Positions 27,920 through 40,056 of a stretch of 64,000 nt of DNA are shown in pieces. This DNA comes from Mobula hypostoma. Lineage: Eukaryota. The DNA is taken from positions 12,216,001-12,280,000 of the forward strand of contig NC_086118.1 in the NCBI RefSeq assembly GCF_963921235.1, read 5' to 3'. The notes beneath the pieces are model-generated. The model did no database searches and was not told where the DNA came from. It was given only the letters and a program-made list of their open reading frames with translations. Position numbers and translations under genes: made by a program. Position 1 is the stretch's first letter. The number at the start of each line of letters is the position of its first letter.

Positions 27920-28180
27920 TTCACAGAGTTCTACAGGATAGAAACAGACCCTCAACCTATCTGAATCAGGCTCACCAGATATCTATCTGAGCTAGTATCA
28001 TTTGCCAGCATTTGACCCCCGTCCCTCAAAACATTTTCTAGCCATATGCAGTCCCTGTCTAAATGTTTTTAAATGCATTAATTGTATCTATAGCTTCTTT
28101 TGACAGCTTGTTCCACATACTCACCACCTTCTGTGTGAAAATGTTTCCCCTCGGGTCCCTATTAAATCTTTCCTTCTGGT
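27920..28180 (-). mobile_element. CR1 3' fragment
   Basis: ACAGCTTGTTCCACATACTCACCACCTTCTGTGTGAAAA, homologous to the CR1 3' region. Confidence 0.65.
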
Positions 28181-28259
28181 TGTGCTTTGTGCTAGATGGC
28201 AAGTTATTTTCATTATCAAGACATCACCATCAATGCCAGTATTTATTTCCCATCCTCTC

Positions 28260-29915
28260 CCTGCTAAGAAGGAGAAGGAAGTGAACAACAAGTATAAGCA
28301 ACAAGGAACGAATGAGGCATTCGAGAAGTATAAACAATTCAAGAGAACACTTAAGAGGGAAGAAAGAAGGCATGGGTTTGCTCTGGCAGACAAGGGAAGG
28401 AGAATCTCAAGAGCTTCTAGAGATATATAAAGAGCAAAGGGGTAGCAAGGGACAAAATTAGTCTACTTCAAGTTCAACACAGTCATCTATGTGGAGCCAA
28501 TAGAGATGGGGGAGATCTTAATTGGATATTGTGCATTTGTACTTACATAGGAGATGGACTCAGAGTCTGTAGAAGTGAGGTAAAATAGCAGTGAAGTCAT
28601 GGGTGGTATATAGTGATACATAGATTATAGAGGAGGAGGTCCTTGCTGACCTGATGAAAATTAGAGTGGATAAGACCCCAGCGCTTGACAAGGTGTCCCC
28701 TCGGACCACGTGCAAGGCTAGTGCAGAGAGTGCAGGAGCCCCAACAGATGTATTTGAAAGCATCCTTAGCCGTGGGTGAGTTGCTGGAAGATAGCTACCA
28801 TTATTTCATTGTTCTAGAAACTCTCTTAGAATAAGCCAGGAAATTATCAGCCAGTGATCCTGACATCAGTAGTGGGAGAATTATTGGAAGGCATTCTAAG
28901 GGGCAGGATGTCTAAGTATTTGAATAGAGAGGGCCTGATTAGGGTTAGTCAACATGGCTTTGTATGTGGTAGGTCTTGTCAAAGCAATCTTATAGAGCTT
29001 TTTGAGGAGGTTACCGGGAAAGATGATGAAGGAAAGGCAGTATTTGTTGTCTACATGGACTTTAGCAAGGCATTTAATGAAGGCCCATGTAGGATGATGG
29101 TCCAGAAGGTTCAGTTGCTTGGCATTTAGGATGAGGTAGTAAACTGGATTCAACATTGGCTGAGCGGGAGAAGTCAGAGAGTGGTAATGGATGGTTACCT
29201 CGCTGACTGGTGGCATGTGCCTAGTGGAGCAGCACAGGGATCGGTGCTATGTCCATTGTTGTTTGTCATCTATATTAATGATTTGGATGATAATGTGGTA
29301 AACTGGATCAGCGAATTTGCAGATGACATAAGGATTGGGGGGTCTAGTGAACAGCAAAGAAGACTTTCAAAGCTTGCGGCGGGATCTGGACCAGCTGGAA
29401 AAATGGCAGATGGAATTTAATGTAGACAAGTGTTGCACTTCGGGAGGACAAACCAGGGTACAACTTACACAGTGAATTGTAGGGCAGTGGGAAGTGTAGT
29501 AACAGTAAAAGAGAGAGATTTGGGAATATGGCTCCATAATTCCTTGACATCGCAGGTAGACAGGGATATAAAGAGAGCTTTCAGCACACTGGCTTTCATA
29601 AATTAGAAGAGTATTGAGTACAAGAGAGTAGAACCAGAGGTCATAGGCTAAGGATGAAAGGTGAAATATTTAAGGGGGAACCTAAGGCAAACGTCTTCAC
29701 CCAGAAGGTGGTGTGGGTTGAATGAGCTGCCAAAGGAAGTGTTGGATGTGTGTTTAATTGCAACATTTAAGAGAATTTTGGATATTGACATGGACAGGAG
29801 AGGTACAGAGGGCTACGGTCCAGCTATAGGTCAATGGGCCTAGGCAGAATAATAATGTGACGCAAACTAGATGGGCAGAAGTACCTGTTTCTGAGCTGTG
29901 GTGCTGTTTGACTCA
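28260..29915 (+). mobile_element. CR1 LINE, degenerate ORF2
   Basis: [54 protein letters not shown]; frameshifts and deletions. Confidence 0.9.
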
Positions 29916-30031
29916 GTTGCTCTTGGTGCTGTTGAGGTATTGCGGACCCTTTGGCCAAGATGCCCCCAGAGTGTAGGTGCGAAGGAAATTCAAGGGTTCA
30001 GACCCAGTAATAATGAAGTAACAGTGATATA

Positions 30032-30300
30032 CACTTACTGGTCACTTATTAGGTACACCCATACCCTTGCTCTTTAATGCAAACATCTATCCAGCTAATC
30101 ATGTGGCAGCAAGTCAATGTATAAAAGCATGCAGACATACTATAGAGGTTCAGAACAAACATAGGGATGGGGAAGAAACTTGATCTAAGTGACTTTGACT
30201 TTGGAATGATTATTGGTGCCAGATGGTGTAGGTTGAGTATCTCAGGAGCTGCTGATCACCTGGGATTGCAGGAGGTACCTAATAAAGTGAGCACTGAATG
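30032..30300. mobile_element. Tc1/mariner-type MITE
   Basis: Imperfect TIRs CACTTACTGGTCACTTATTAGGTAC / GTACCTAATAAAGTGAGCACTGAATG flanked by TA at 30030-31 and 30301-02. Confidence 0.8.
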
Positions 30301-30979
30301 TATTTCAAGCTAGGATGGAATGTGATTTGGAGGGGAATCTGCAGGTGGTGGACCTCCGATATACCTGTGTCTTTCCTGGTGTTGGGACTGCAGGTTTGGC
30401 AGGTGCTGTAGATGTTCAATAGTTGGAGTTCAAAAGCCCTTTGGGGGACTTGGGGTATGGGAAAGTCGGCATCAGATGAGCAAGGTGGAGTAGGGTTCTC
30501 TGGGAGCTGAGTTGACTATCAGGGAGACATGGCACTTTCTAGAAGTGGCATTTGAAGAAACTGATGAGTTTTCAATCAGTGATTGGGGAAATATTTGTGC
30601 TCTGAGTGATAGAACCATCCGACTCAGGAGCCTTAAGTGTCTGTATGATTGGGTATGTCAGAAGATTGGATTATCAGTGGCGTGGTTAATGTAGGAGATC
30701 ACTGGGCAGTGGTAGGGTAAAATTTCTGGAAGAATTATGTGTATTTCTGTGGATCTCATTCCCAGCATACCTCCAGAAATGTGTGGAACGGGGAGTAGCA
30801 GCAGATCACACTGGAATTTCAGTGTTGTAAAGCCATGGAAACTATTATCATTGAAATTCTCCATGGGAAAAGAATATTTTCAAGTGTAATATTGAAATAG
30901 ATAAACAGGTCTCCTTGATCAGATACTTCTACTTTTAATTCCTTAACTCCTCTTCCCCAATAAATCCAATTGTAGAGTC

Positions 30980-31698
30980 CTGCTCAAACTGTCTGTTTTA
31001 TCTACATCTCATGATGCAGGAAAATTGATACACGATTTTGTTTTTAGACGATTGCATTACTGTAATGCCCTTTTTTCAACACTGGCAAAGAAGGATATAA
31101 ATTGGCTGCAGCTTGTTCAAAATGCAGCAGCAAGAATCTTAACGAAAAAAGAAAATCTGAGCAAATTTCACCTGTTTTGGCATCATTACATTGGCTGACT
31201 GTGTCCTCGAGGATCAATTTTAAAATACCCTTAATTGTATATAAGGCTCTGAATAATCCAGCTCCTCAGTATATTTTGAAGCGTCTATCTCCTTATATCC
31301 CTAATTGTAATCTTAGATCCACAAATACTGATTTGCTTAGTGTTCCTAGAGCAAAGCACATGAGAACTGGTGATGTTTCCTTTTGCTCTTATGCACCAAA
31401 TGTCTGGGATCTCTACAAACTGTGATGCACCAGGCTAATACTGTGGAACATTTCAAAACACTTCCAAAAAGCTACTTTTTTAAATCTGGCCTATTTAATA
31501 CTGTTGATGTTGATTAAATTTATATAATTTGATATACTTGATTACATTTTTTTCCATATAATGTTTGTCTTTATGATTTTTAATTTTGTCGTATTTTTAT
31601 GACTATTGATTTATCTGTACAATCTATGTAAACCACTTTATGTCTGCATCTTAATGTATGAAAGGTGTTACACAAATGAGTTATTATTATTATTATTC
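30980..31698 (+). mobile_element. L2-clade LINE 3' fragment
   Basis: HYCNALF...LQLVQNAAARILT (frameshift) ISPVLASLHWL...RINFKI...YKALN...SYAPNVW; (TTA)n tail. Confidence 0.85.
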
Positions 31699-32151
31699 TT
31701 TATGTTTTTGTCTTTCATTTTGGGTTGAAGTATATACAGAAAGTTCAGGACAGAAGAAGGTAGGACCAATACCACATATTATTGAACTCCCTTCAGAATC
31801 TGCCATGTCATCCACCTTGGTGTAGTAGCACCACCTTCTGAATACTAATTACTACCAACAGTTTCTGTTTTGGTTTCCAATTTCTACCATCTGCTGGGAA
31901 AAATTCCACTAACAGCTCAAATCTTATCAGAGTGCTGGTGTTAATTATGTGTGTGTCAAATCACTGGCCTAGATTGCTGTAAGCTTGAAGTTTCTCTTAC
32001 TCTGATTTGGAAGCCCAATAAGGAGAAAGCATTGACAGACTCATGAAAATAGCAATCAAACAGAAGCTTTTCGTAAGTGTCTTTACTTGTCGTTGACTTA
32101 GGAGGAGGACTTCTGACATTTAACTCTGAAGTGTTTTGTGCTTTGTTGCAG

Positions 32152-32770
32152 GAACCTGATGCCCAAAGCACTTGATGGTCAGATTGTGATGGAGAAAACG
32201 CCCAGATACTTTGTGACAGCAGAGGCACCAGCCCGCATTCATGCTATGTCCAAGAACACCAAGCTGATTGTGGTTGTGCGGGACCCAGTGACCAGAGCCA
32301 TCTCAGACTATACCCAGATCATCTCAAAAGCAGCGGACATCCCTGGCTTTGAAACTCTCACTTTCAAAAACAGGACTACGGGTCTGGTTGATGCATCATG
32401 GAGCCCAATATGGATTGGGATCTACGCTCAGCACTTAGAGAACTGGCTGCAGTATTTCCCCTTGTCACAGATGCACTTTGTCAGTGGGGAGAGGCTGATC
32501 ACTGACCCAGCTGGGGAGCTGGGTAAAGTCCAAGACTTCCTTGGCCTGCAGAGACTTATAACAGATGACCACTTCTTCTTTAATGAGACCAAGGGCTTCC
32601 CCTGCCTGAAGAAGCCACAGGGTAATGGCAAACCTCACTGCCTGGGCAAAACAAAAGGCAGGATCCATCCGAACATTGATCCAGGAGTGGTCCAGAAACT
32701 GCGGGACTTCTACCGCCCCTTTAACAGGCATTTCTATCAAATGACTGGGCAAAACTTTGGCTGGGAGTGA
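32152..32770 (+). CDS. hs3st3l: terminal coding exon of heparan sulfate glucosamine 3-O-sulfotransferase (HS3ST3-like)
   Basis: Acceptor tttgtgctttgttgcag|G at 32151/32152 (phase 2, the HS3ST W-Y-R junction); intact frame [20 protein letters not shown]...[13 protein letters not shown] (3'-phosphate-binding motif)...FPCLKK...HCLGKTKGR...FGWE-TGA. Family is certain; paralog assignment rests on recalled fish hs3st3l residues and is less certain. Confidence 0.93.
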
Positions 32771-33361
32771 TAGGAGGGCAGGGGAGGTGGGGTGGAGTCC
32801 GTGATGAGGAACTGAACAATTGCAGAAGCAAAGGAAACTAACCAAGTCCGCATGTCAAGTCAGAGGTGTAGCACGTTCATTTATAATCCATAGGAGCTGT
32901 GCTGAGACTGTGCGCATTCTGCATCTGCTGCTTTACAGATTTTGAAGAAATTTCAAAGAACTGTGGACTTTTTCACTCAATATTTACCCAAGTCTTCATC
33001 ACATCTTAAAAGGGCAATGTCCATCTTGCGAGGACTTTATTTTTGCTTTCAGTGGTCCCGAGCAATGGTTGTTGATTTTTTAATATATACATATGTATAA
33101 ATATATATATAGATATCTATTAAGAGTTATGTCATAAAAGTGAGTAACATCAGGGCTGATACCTCTAGTTTCTCTTTAGCACTCACTCACTGCACCGCAG
33201 GAAATGTCATCATTTTTATGAAGCAATGTGTGGGTGTCCTGGGCCACACTGTGCTGTGGATTATCACTCTCTTTGTATCATTACAGTTACTGCTTTGTTG
33301 TAACAGCAACATCCTGACATTATAGGAGCCTAACTGCTTGGATTGTTTTACTTTATTTTTC

Positions 33362-33367
33362 AATAAA
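33362..33367 (+). terminator. candidate polyadenylation signal 1
   Basis: AATAAA ~590 nt after the stop codon. Confidence 0.4.
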
Positions 33368-33514
33368 CTAATTTACTTCCTCTTATCTTACTACCTGAGA
33401 TATATGTTAATGGAAACCATTGAATCTCTTCTACCCGGTGGGGTGTGTGGGGAGGGAGGAGTGGTTTACAACTCACTTGTGCTTGGATCTTCAATGCCCT
33501 CCCTGTTGAATTGG

Positions 33515-33520
33515 AATAAA
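33515..33520 (+). terminator. candidate polyadenylation signal 2
   Basis: AATAAA followed by T-rich sequence. Confidence 0.35.
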
Positions 33521-33947
33521 TTCAACTTTCTATTCTTCCTGGTAGGTTACTATAAATTCTATTTATTTGAATGTTTATGCTAGTCCTAGTGTTTTCACAG
33601 TTCCATTAAGGTCCGCATTTGAGGCATGTTACTATTGCTTCTTTTTGTCTTTCAAAAAACTCATGCAGTTCCCAATATAGTGCTGCATCGTCAAATGTTG
33701 ATGCAAATTTGGTGGGTCATGGATGTCTTACTGGAAACTCCTTGCAGACATCACTACAGTCCAATGCATCCTCGTCCTGTCTGAAGATCCTGCACCATGG
33801 ATGTGAATGGAGAAGGCCCACATCAAATTTTGTGTGACAAAGCATGACACAGATATCTTTTATATGCACTGACTTAATAAGGTATGTAACACACAACAAA
33901 TTTGCTGGTGAACGCAGCAGGCCAGGCAGCATCTCTAGGAAGAGGTA

Positions 33948-33985
33948 CAGTCAATGTTTCGGGCTGAGACCCTTCGTCAGGACTA
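33948..33985 (-). ncRNA. minimal hammerhead ribozyme motif (core intact, stem III palindrome lost)
   Basis: Minus strand AGTC-CTGACGA-A-GGGT CTCA GCCC-GAAA-CA-TT-GACT. Confidence 0.7.
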
Positions 33986-34493
33986 ACTGAAGGAAGAGTT
34001 AGTAAGAGATTTGAAAGTGGGAGGGGGAGGGGGAGATCCAAAATGATAGGAGAAGACAGGAGGGGGAGGGATGGAGCCAAGAGCTGGACAGGTGATTGGC
34101 AAAAGGGATATGAGAGGATCATGGGACAGGAGGCCCAGGGAGAAGGAAAAGGGGGGGGGGAACCCAGAGGATGGGCAAGGGGTATAGTCAGAGGGAGTGA
34201 CCTCCCCCTCGTACCCCATCCATTATTTATTCATATACACACATTCTTTCTCTCTCTCTCTCTCTCCTTTTTCTCCCTCTGTCCCTCTGACTATACCCCT
34301 TGCCCATCCTCTGGGTTCCCCCCCCTCCCCCTTTCCTTCTCCCTGGACCTCCTGTCCCATGATCCTCTCATATCCCTTTTGCCAATCACCTGTCCAGCTC
34401 TTGGCTCCATCCCTCGCCCTCCTGTCTTCTCCTATCATTTTGGATCTCCACCTCCCCCTCCCACTTTCAAATCTTACTAGCTCTTCCTTCAGT

Positions 34494-34531
34494 TAGTCCC
34501 GACGAGGGGTCTCGGCCCAAAATGTCGACTG
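34494..34531 (+). ncRNA. hammerhead motif, core-mutated
   Basis: AGTC-CCGACGA-G-GGGTCTCGGCCC-AAAA-TG-TC-GACT. Confidence 0.55.
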
Positions 34532-34649
34532 TACCTCTTCCTAGAGATGCTGCCTGGCCTGCTGCATTCACCAGCAACTTTTATGTGTGTTGCTTGAATT
34601 TCCAGCATCTGCAGAATTCCTCGTGTTTGCGTTAATAAAGTATGTACTA

Positions 34650-35330
34650 GCATTGGAGACAGTGTAAAGTGGACTCATTAGGCTAATTCCTGGGATAAGA
34701 GGATTGTCCTATCATTAATGGCTAAAGATGTTGGAGCTAAAAAAACAAACTGCCTGAAGAACTCAGCAGGCCAGGCAGCATCAATGGAAGCAGATGGATA
34801 GCTGGCATTTCAGGTTTACACCCTGCATCACGAGCCTCATTCTAGTAATATCCCTCTGCATCCACATATGCTGCCTGACCAACTGAGCTCTGCCAGCAGA
34901 GTTTCATTTGCTCCAGGTTCTAGCATCAGCAGTTTCTTGTGTGTATGTCTTTCCCTAAGGAATGCTGGATCGATATTCTTTGAAGTTTAGAGAGGTAAGC
35001 TTACTGAACTATACTGACGAGTCTTCATGGGGGTAAATATCGAGACATTGCCACAATTGAGGGAGGATGGAATGAAGGGGCATAAATGGTTGGGGATATT
35101 TAAAACTGGAGTGAAATCTCGGAATGGTGAATCTCTGGAATGCTCTGCCCTCGAGGGTTGTGGTAGTGAAGCCACTTGAGGTTTTTAAAACAGGAGCAGA
35201 GGAAGACTGGGAGGTTGACAGAATTGGCGAACTGGAACCGAAGAGTAGTTGAAGCCTGCAGCATGTCAGCTTTAATGAGGACAAGATAGGCTTTAGGGGA
35301 TAAATGGCCTACTCCTCACTCCTTATTTAT
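34650..35330 (+). mobile_element. degenerate CR1 3' fragment, interrupted at 34740-34945 by an old hairpin PLE derivative
   Basis: GGTGAATCTCTGGAATGCTCTGCCC...GGCCTACTCCT CR1 end; insert has GAACTCAGCAGGCCAGGCAGCATC/ATGCTGCCTGACC arms. Confidence 0.7.
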
Positions 35331-36822
35331 TGTATTCATGTGAATTTTATCAGATTAACCTAAATAAAGTCGTGAATTATTTGAACCTCCTGACTTGAAG
35401 GATGAGGTGAATCAGAAATCTAGGGGCACACATCGCATAGTGGTGAGTGTATCTTAGAGACACCAGGGGTCACTCTGGCTTAGAAACTAGCACAAAACAA
35501 CACATGTGCCAAGGGAAGTAATAGAATAAATATTTCTACTTTGCAGAGAAACAACAGGAATCATAACCCATATGTTAACAGATCTGAAATGAGTTAATTT
35601 CATTGATCTTCCATGATTTCCTGAAGGACTCTGACTTGGAGAACATAAACTCTTAATTAAGCTCTAATTACAAGCAGCAATGATTGAGGTGTGATATAAT
35701 GCTATTACATGTTCTTGTTGGCAAGCAATGTGCTAGTTACTGAGCTGATTGAAGTGATAATAAATCTTCTGACTTCCTTATGACATACTTACTAACTTAG
35801 TTAACAACCTCTCTTCAAACGTATGCAAGGAGGTTCATCTACTGCCCTTATAAATTCACCGATGGGTTTAAACAACTCATGATTACTAAGAGTTTAATCT
35901 AAATAAAAGTTACTTTTGGGTTTATTTAAGGTATCTGTCTTTTGCTTCTGCTCTATTTATTTGGAGCTTGGGCTCCATTTACTCCAGCCTGCAAGAAACC
36001 AATGATGTCTCTGATGTGTTGTGCCTTTACATGAGATAAATCTCCAAAATTCAGCCCTCTCCTTTGTGGCTAGTATAAAATGTGTAATCCAGCCAAATCT
36101 ATGCCAAATACAAGTTGGGAAAAAAAATATGTTTAACCCCAGGCAGTTAAACTCATCTTCTGTGACCGTCCCTCCTTCTGCAAAGGAGACTGCTCAGAGC
36201 AGGAAGAAAGCACAGTACTGTACAACCACAAGGACAAAGTCAGCAGTTCTGCTGCAAGTGGGGTAGGTGGGATGTGGAGGTTGTGATGCATTCTAAGGTT
36301 GTCCTTGGATTCTGCTGGAGTTCCAGTAACAATAATTCCATGATATGGGGCCCAAGCAAAGGTGTTCACTCTAACAGCAGGTTTGACCTCAACTGTGTCC
36401 TTGTCTTTGACGTTGTACTTGTCCCTAAAAGTGGAGAAATTGGGACTTACTCGTAACATACAGTTGTCTATGACTCAACAACATGATTTCAGAGTCAGGG
36501 ATAGATTCGTTAACAAAGATTCATTTCATGTCTTTGGCAAGTATTTTGCTGTGATGATATCATCAATGTTATTCCCAATACAAAGTTCTGAGGCTACAAG
36601 TTTTGGACTACTTTGCTAAGGTCCCATTGCAGAGTTTCCTACTTATTCACTAGTTTGATTACTCTAATTCTCTGACTCTCTCAGAGAAAATTCTTGACTC
36701 AGCACTCTTTCCTTTATTTTCTGCTCAGTTATTCTCTGGTCTTCGTAAGGCAAGCTGAATTATATACAAAAGGCATGAATGCATTTGTACCTGTCCCAGG
36801 TAAAACCAGTAGAAAACTGACC

Positions 36823-36860
36823 AAGTCCTGAGGAAAGGTCTCGGCCCGAAATGTCGACTG
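36823..36860 (+). ncRNA. minimal hammerhead motif in a solo PLE terminus (to ~36920)
   Basis: AGTC-CTGAGGA-A-AGGTCTCGGCCC-GAAA-TG-TC-GACT followed by TAGATGCTGCCTGGCCTGCTG. Confidence 0.65.
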
Positions 36861-37389
36861 TACTTCTTCCTATAGATGCTGCCTGGCCTGCTGCGTTCCA
36901 CCAGCATTTTGTGTATGCTGACTGTATTCCTTACCTTGGTTTTACTTTAAAATATGTTACTGTGCTTTTGAAATTGAGTAATATTATCCAAACAAGTAAA
37001 TTAAGGAAATAGAGTTGCTTTTCACCTCCTGGTTTCCCACTGTTCAAATGTAGTGAGACTCCACCCTTATTAAGCTGATTGTAAAGGCTCCCATGCTCTC
37101 TACCTTTCGCTATCCTTCCTCATGGTCTGAAAGTTCTCCGAACAAGCCCTGAAGCAAGAACGCTGCACTCAAAAGTGTGTTGCGGCTGGAGGCTTATTAA
37201 GTTCTATTTACAACTATAGTCTTCAGGAGTTTTGAACAAGGATGCTTATTCAAACTTTAACAGTAAGAAATTTCTGATAAGTGGTGTTTATATCATATGC
37301 ACCCTAGGTGACTTCATGTCAAGTCAGCTGGGAGTCTCCTGCCAACCCATTGGGAATTAATCCTGGAAAATCATTGGAAGTCAGGTCAA

Positions 37390-37735
37390 AGCTAGACCCA
37401 CTGAGAGCCATTTCACATGAAGCTAGATGCAGGGTGATACTCATTTGGAACCAGATTGTGTGCACAGCCTACTGTGAGTCAGAAGGAGACAAACCCCATT
37501 TCAAAACATACTGAGAACCAGATCCTGGGCCAAACTTGGCAAGAGACACAACTCATTGAGAACTGCATCCTATGCACAACACGCTGGGAACTAGGAACCA
37601 TATCCAGGGCTAACTTCACCAGGAACTGGATCTCATGTGTAATCCTCTGGGGAACCATATTCATGACCAAATTCCCTGGAAGCCAGAGCTTCATCCAGAC
37701 CTACTGAGAGCCCTTTGCTGGGCCAAACTCACCCA
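37390..37735. repeat. degenerate minisatellite (~28-nt unit)
   Basis: Recurring GAGAACCAGATCCTGGGCCAAACT-like units at ~37445, 37511, 37557, 37593, 37621, 37650, 37679, 37703. Confidence 0.45.
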
Positions 37736-39163
37736 ATCAGATTCTAGGCCTTATCCAATGGAGACCTTCTGGATCATCAAAAGCTACTAGGCTCCAGCCC
37801 TTTAAGCAATCAATGACATTTTAGGTGTATTATGCATCAGCTGATACTCTGGATGACACTCTGGTCAGCAAACCCTCCCAGACTTGATAACTTTCACTCC
37901 TATCCTCAATAAATACGAGGTTAATCCTCTTCCTCAACACAAATGCTGTAAATATTGCAAGATGTTTGGCTGGACTCTTCTGCAGGTCTTAGCTATTAGG
38001 CTCTGCTATTAACTTTGACAGGTTCTCCATCTCCCCAGGCTTAACACGTACTTCCTTCACTCAGCATTTATTGATACCAATGGGCTAAAACCTTTCCTTT
38101 GTTTCGACTACAAAATGGCTTTGTTCCAACCTTTTGTCTGATTATTTTAAGGTGAGAGGAAGGAAGTTGTTTTTCTTCCATGAAAAGAGTAGATTTTAAT
38201 CACCGCTGTCATGCCTGAGCCCAGCGCTCTAGAATTTGCTCACATGACCTCATTCATCCACCACGAGGATCTCCTTAAAACAAACCCCTTTCAGTCAGCT
38301 CTCCTTACACATAAATTAGATGCAGGAGAAGGCCATTTGTCTCCTTTAACTCTATTATTCAATAAGAACATGGCTGATTGGATTGTTAGTTAATTCTACA
38401 TTTCTTTCTGGTGAATTTCACTGGTGACCTTTAACCTTTTATCTATTAAGAATCCATCTACCTTGGCCTTAACAATATTCAAAGCCTCTGCTTCCACTTC
38501 CTTTAAGAATGAGAGATCTACCGATTCTAAGAAAAATATGTCTTAAATACAATCTTTTTAGTATTTAAGGATACATCCATTATTCCAGAAGAGGAAGCAC
38601 CCTCACTATATCAGACATCCCACCCTGCAAAATCTCATTTCAGGGAGGTAGCACCCCCACCCCCCGCAACCCCTTATCACCCCCCCCACCCCCGTCGACC
38701 TCCAAGGGAGTATGTAATACTTTGTTTAGTAATTTTGTCTAATCTGTAAACCAAGTTGGGTTTGTGCAGCAAATGTGACATTAAAATATGTACTTATATT
38801 ATATTATCATGTTTATTCTATTACAACTTTAAGCAAGTCTACAGGGAGTTTGGTCTCATCACGTAGGACATCAATAGCGTAGCTCCTTGGCAGCTAGCCA
38901 GCTAGTTTAAATCAGGGTCCCCAACCTTTTTTGCAGCATGGATCGGTTTAATATTGACAATATTCTTGCGGACCGGCCGGCCCAGTGGGGGAGGTGGGGT
39001 GGGTGTTAAACGCGACCAAAATATAGGTGATAAGTCACTATAAGTCACTTGTAAGTGGCTAATACACTCAATTTCATTTCTAAAGGGGTTTATCTAATGA
39101 ATTTAATATTAAACACACAGCAAGTATTTTCCTCACATGAATGTAGTGATAAGTCAATTATAA

Positions 39164-39468
39164 TAGTGGTCCCAACCTCCAGGCCACGAAGAATGCAACG
39201 GTACAGCGGTAGCCAGAACACACCCAGCACATCTTTAAGAAAAAAGCCGAAATAAACAAGCTAATTGATTAGGTGCTGCCCAGCACGTAAGTGTCAGCCC
39301 AGATTAGAGGTGACGCAATTGGCGATTGCCTCTGTTCTGGGCCGACATTTACTTGCCGGGCGGCACCTAATCAATTAGCTTGTTTATTTCAGCTTTCTTC
39401 ATAAGGATGTGCTGGGTGTGTTCTGGCTACCACTGCATTCTTCGCAGCCTGGAGGTTGGAGACCACTG
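39164..39468. mobile_element. fully palindromic hAT-type MITE
   Basis: ~150-bp inverted arms centred near GCAATTG (~39318); perfect 8-bp TSD AATTATAA (39156-63, 39469-76). Confidence 0.9.
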
Positions 39469-39636
39469 AATTATAACTCACTTATAAGTCAATAGCATCA
39501 TAACATTTTAAGTAACGTTTGGATATTAAACATACAGCACATATTTTCCTCCTATGAACATATAAAATCATTGCAACACACCAAGATCGCTGAATCAGTG
39601 GGAGCCCTGGGCTTGTTTTCCTGCATCAAGACAGTC

Positions 39637-40056
39637 CTATCGAGGGGTGATGGGAGACAGCAATACTCGAAGGGGGTTCCTTATGTCCAGTCTATTCCGC
39701 AATTTAGTTTTCGTTACATTCATTGCAGAAAACTCCGCCTCGCAGAAATATGTTGGAAATGGAAACAACATTTTCAGTGCATTCATGGCTATCTCAGGAT
39801 ATTCAGCCTTGACTTTGATCCAGAATGCCGGCAGAGATGTTATGTCAAACATACTTTTCAGCCCGCCGTCATTTGCAAGCTCGAGGAGTTGATCTTTTTC
39901 CCGCGCTGACATGGATGATTCACCGGGGACATTCACAAATGGGTCACAGACCCATTCCTTTGCACTTCTTGGGTCACTGATGACCTCGCGTGCGTTAAAA
40001 TTCAACAGTGCATGACAGGGAATGAGGAAAGGTGCAGCTGACTCATATTGTTTCAT
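39637..40056 (-). pseudogene. hAT transposase C-terminal (dimerisation domain) fragment
   Basis: EWVCDPF...LPAFWIKVKAEYPEIAMNALKMLFPFPTYFCEAEFSAMNVTKTKLRNRLD, typical of Buster/Charlie transposases. Confidence 0.9.

Larger units (their letters stand above)
33889..34631. mobile_element. non-autonomous PLE insertion with ~300-bp inverted arms and 15-bp TSD
   Basis: Arms ~33889-34196 and 34282-~34591, spacer 34197-34281; TSD TTAATAAGGTATGTA (33874-88) / TTAATAAAGTATGTA (34632-46). Confidence 0.92.

Noticed and set aside
32138..32151. ORF-track start MLCCR for the sulfotransferase
   Set aside because: This is the polypyrimidine tract and splice acceptor; the N-terminus with the 5'-phosphosulfate-binding loop belongs to an upstream exon not seen in the window
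32428..32845. Minus-strand ORFs overlapping the HS3ST exon
   Set aside because: Antisense shadows of a real coding exon
33874..34496. Pro/Ser-rich and Gly/Arg-rich ORFs on both strands
   Set aside because: Translations of the purine/pyrimidine-skewed PLE UTR inverted repeat
33889..34631. Interpretation as a classical retrozyme
   Set aside because: Retrozymes carry hammerheads in direct terminal repeats that release monomer RNAs; here the two motifs are inverted and both carry mutations
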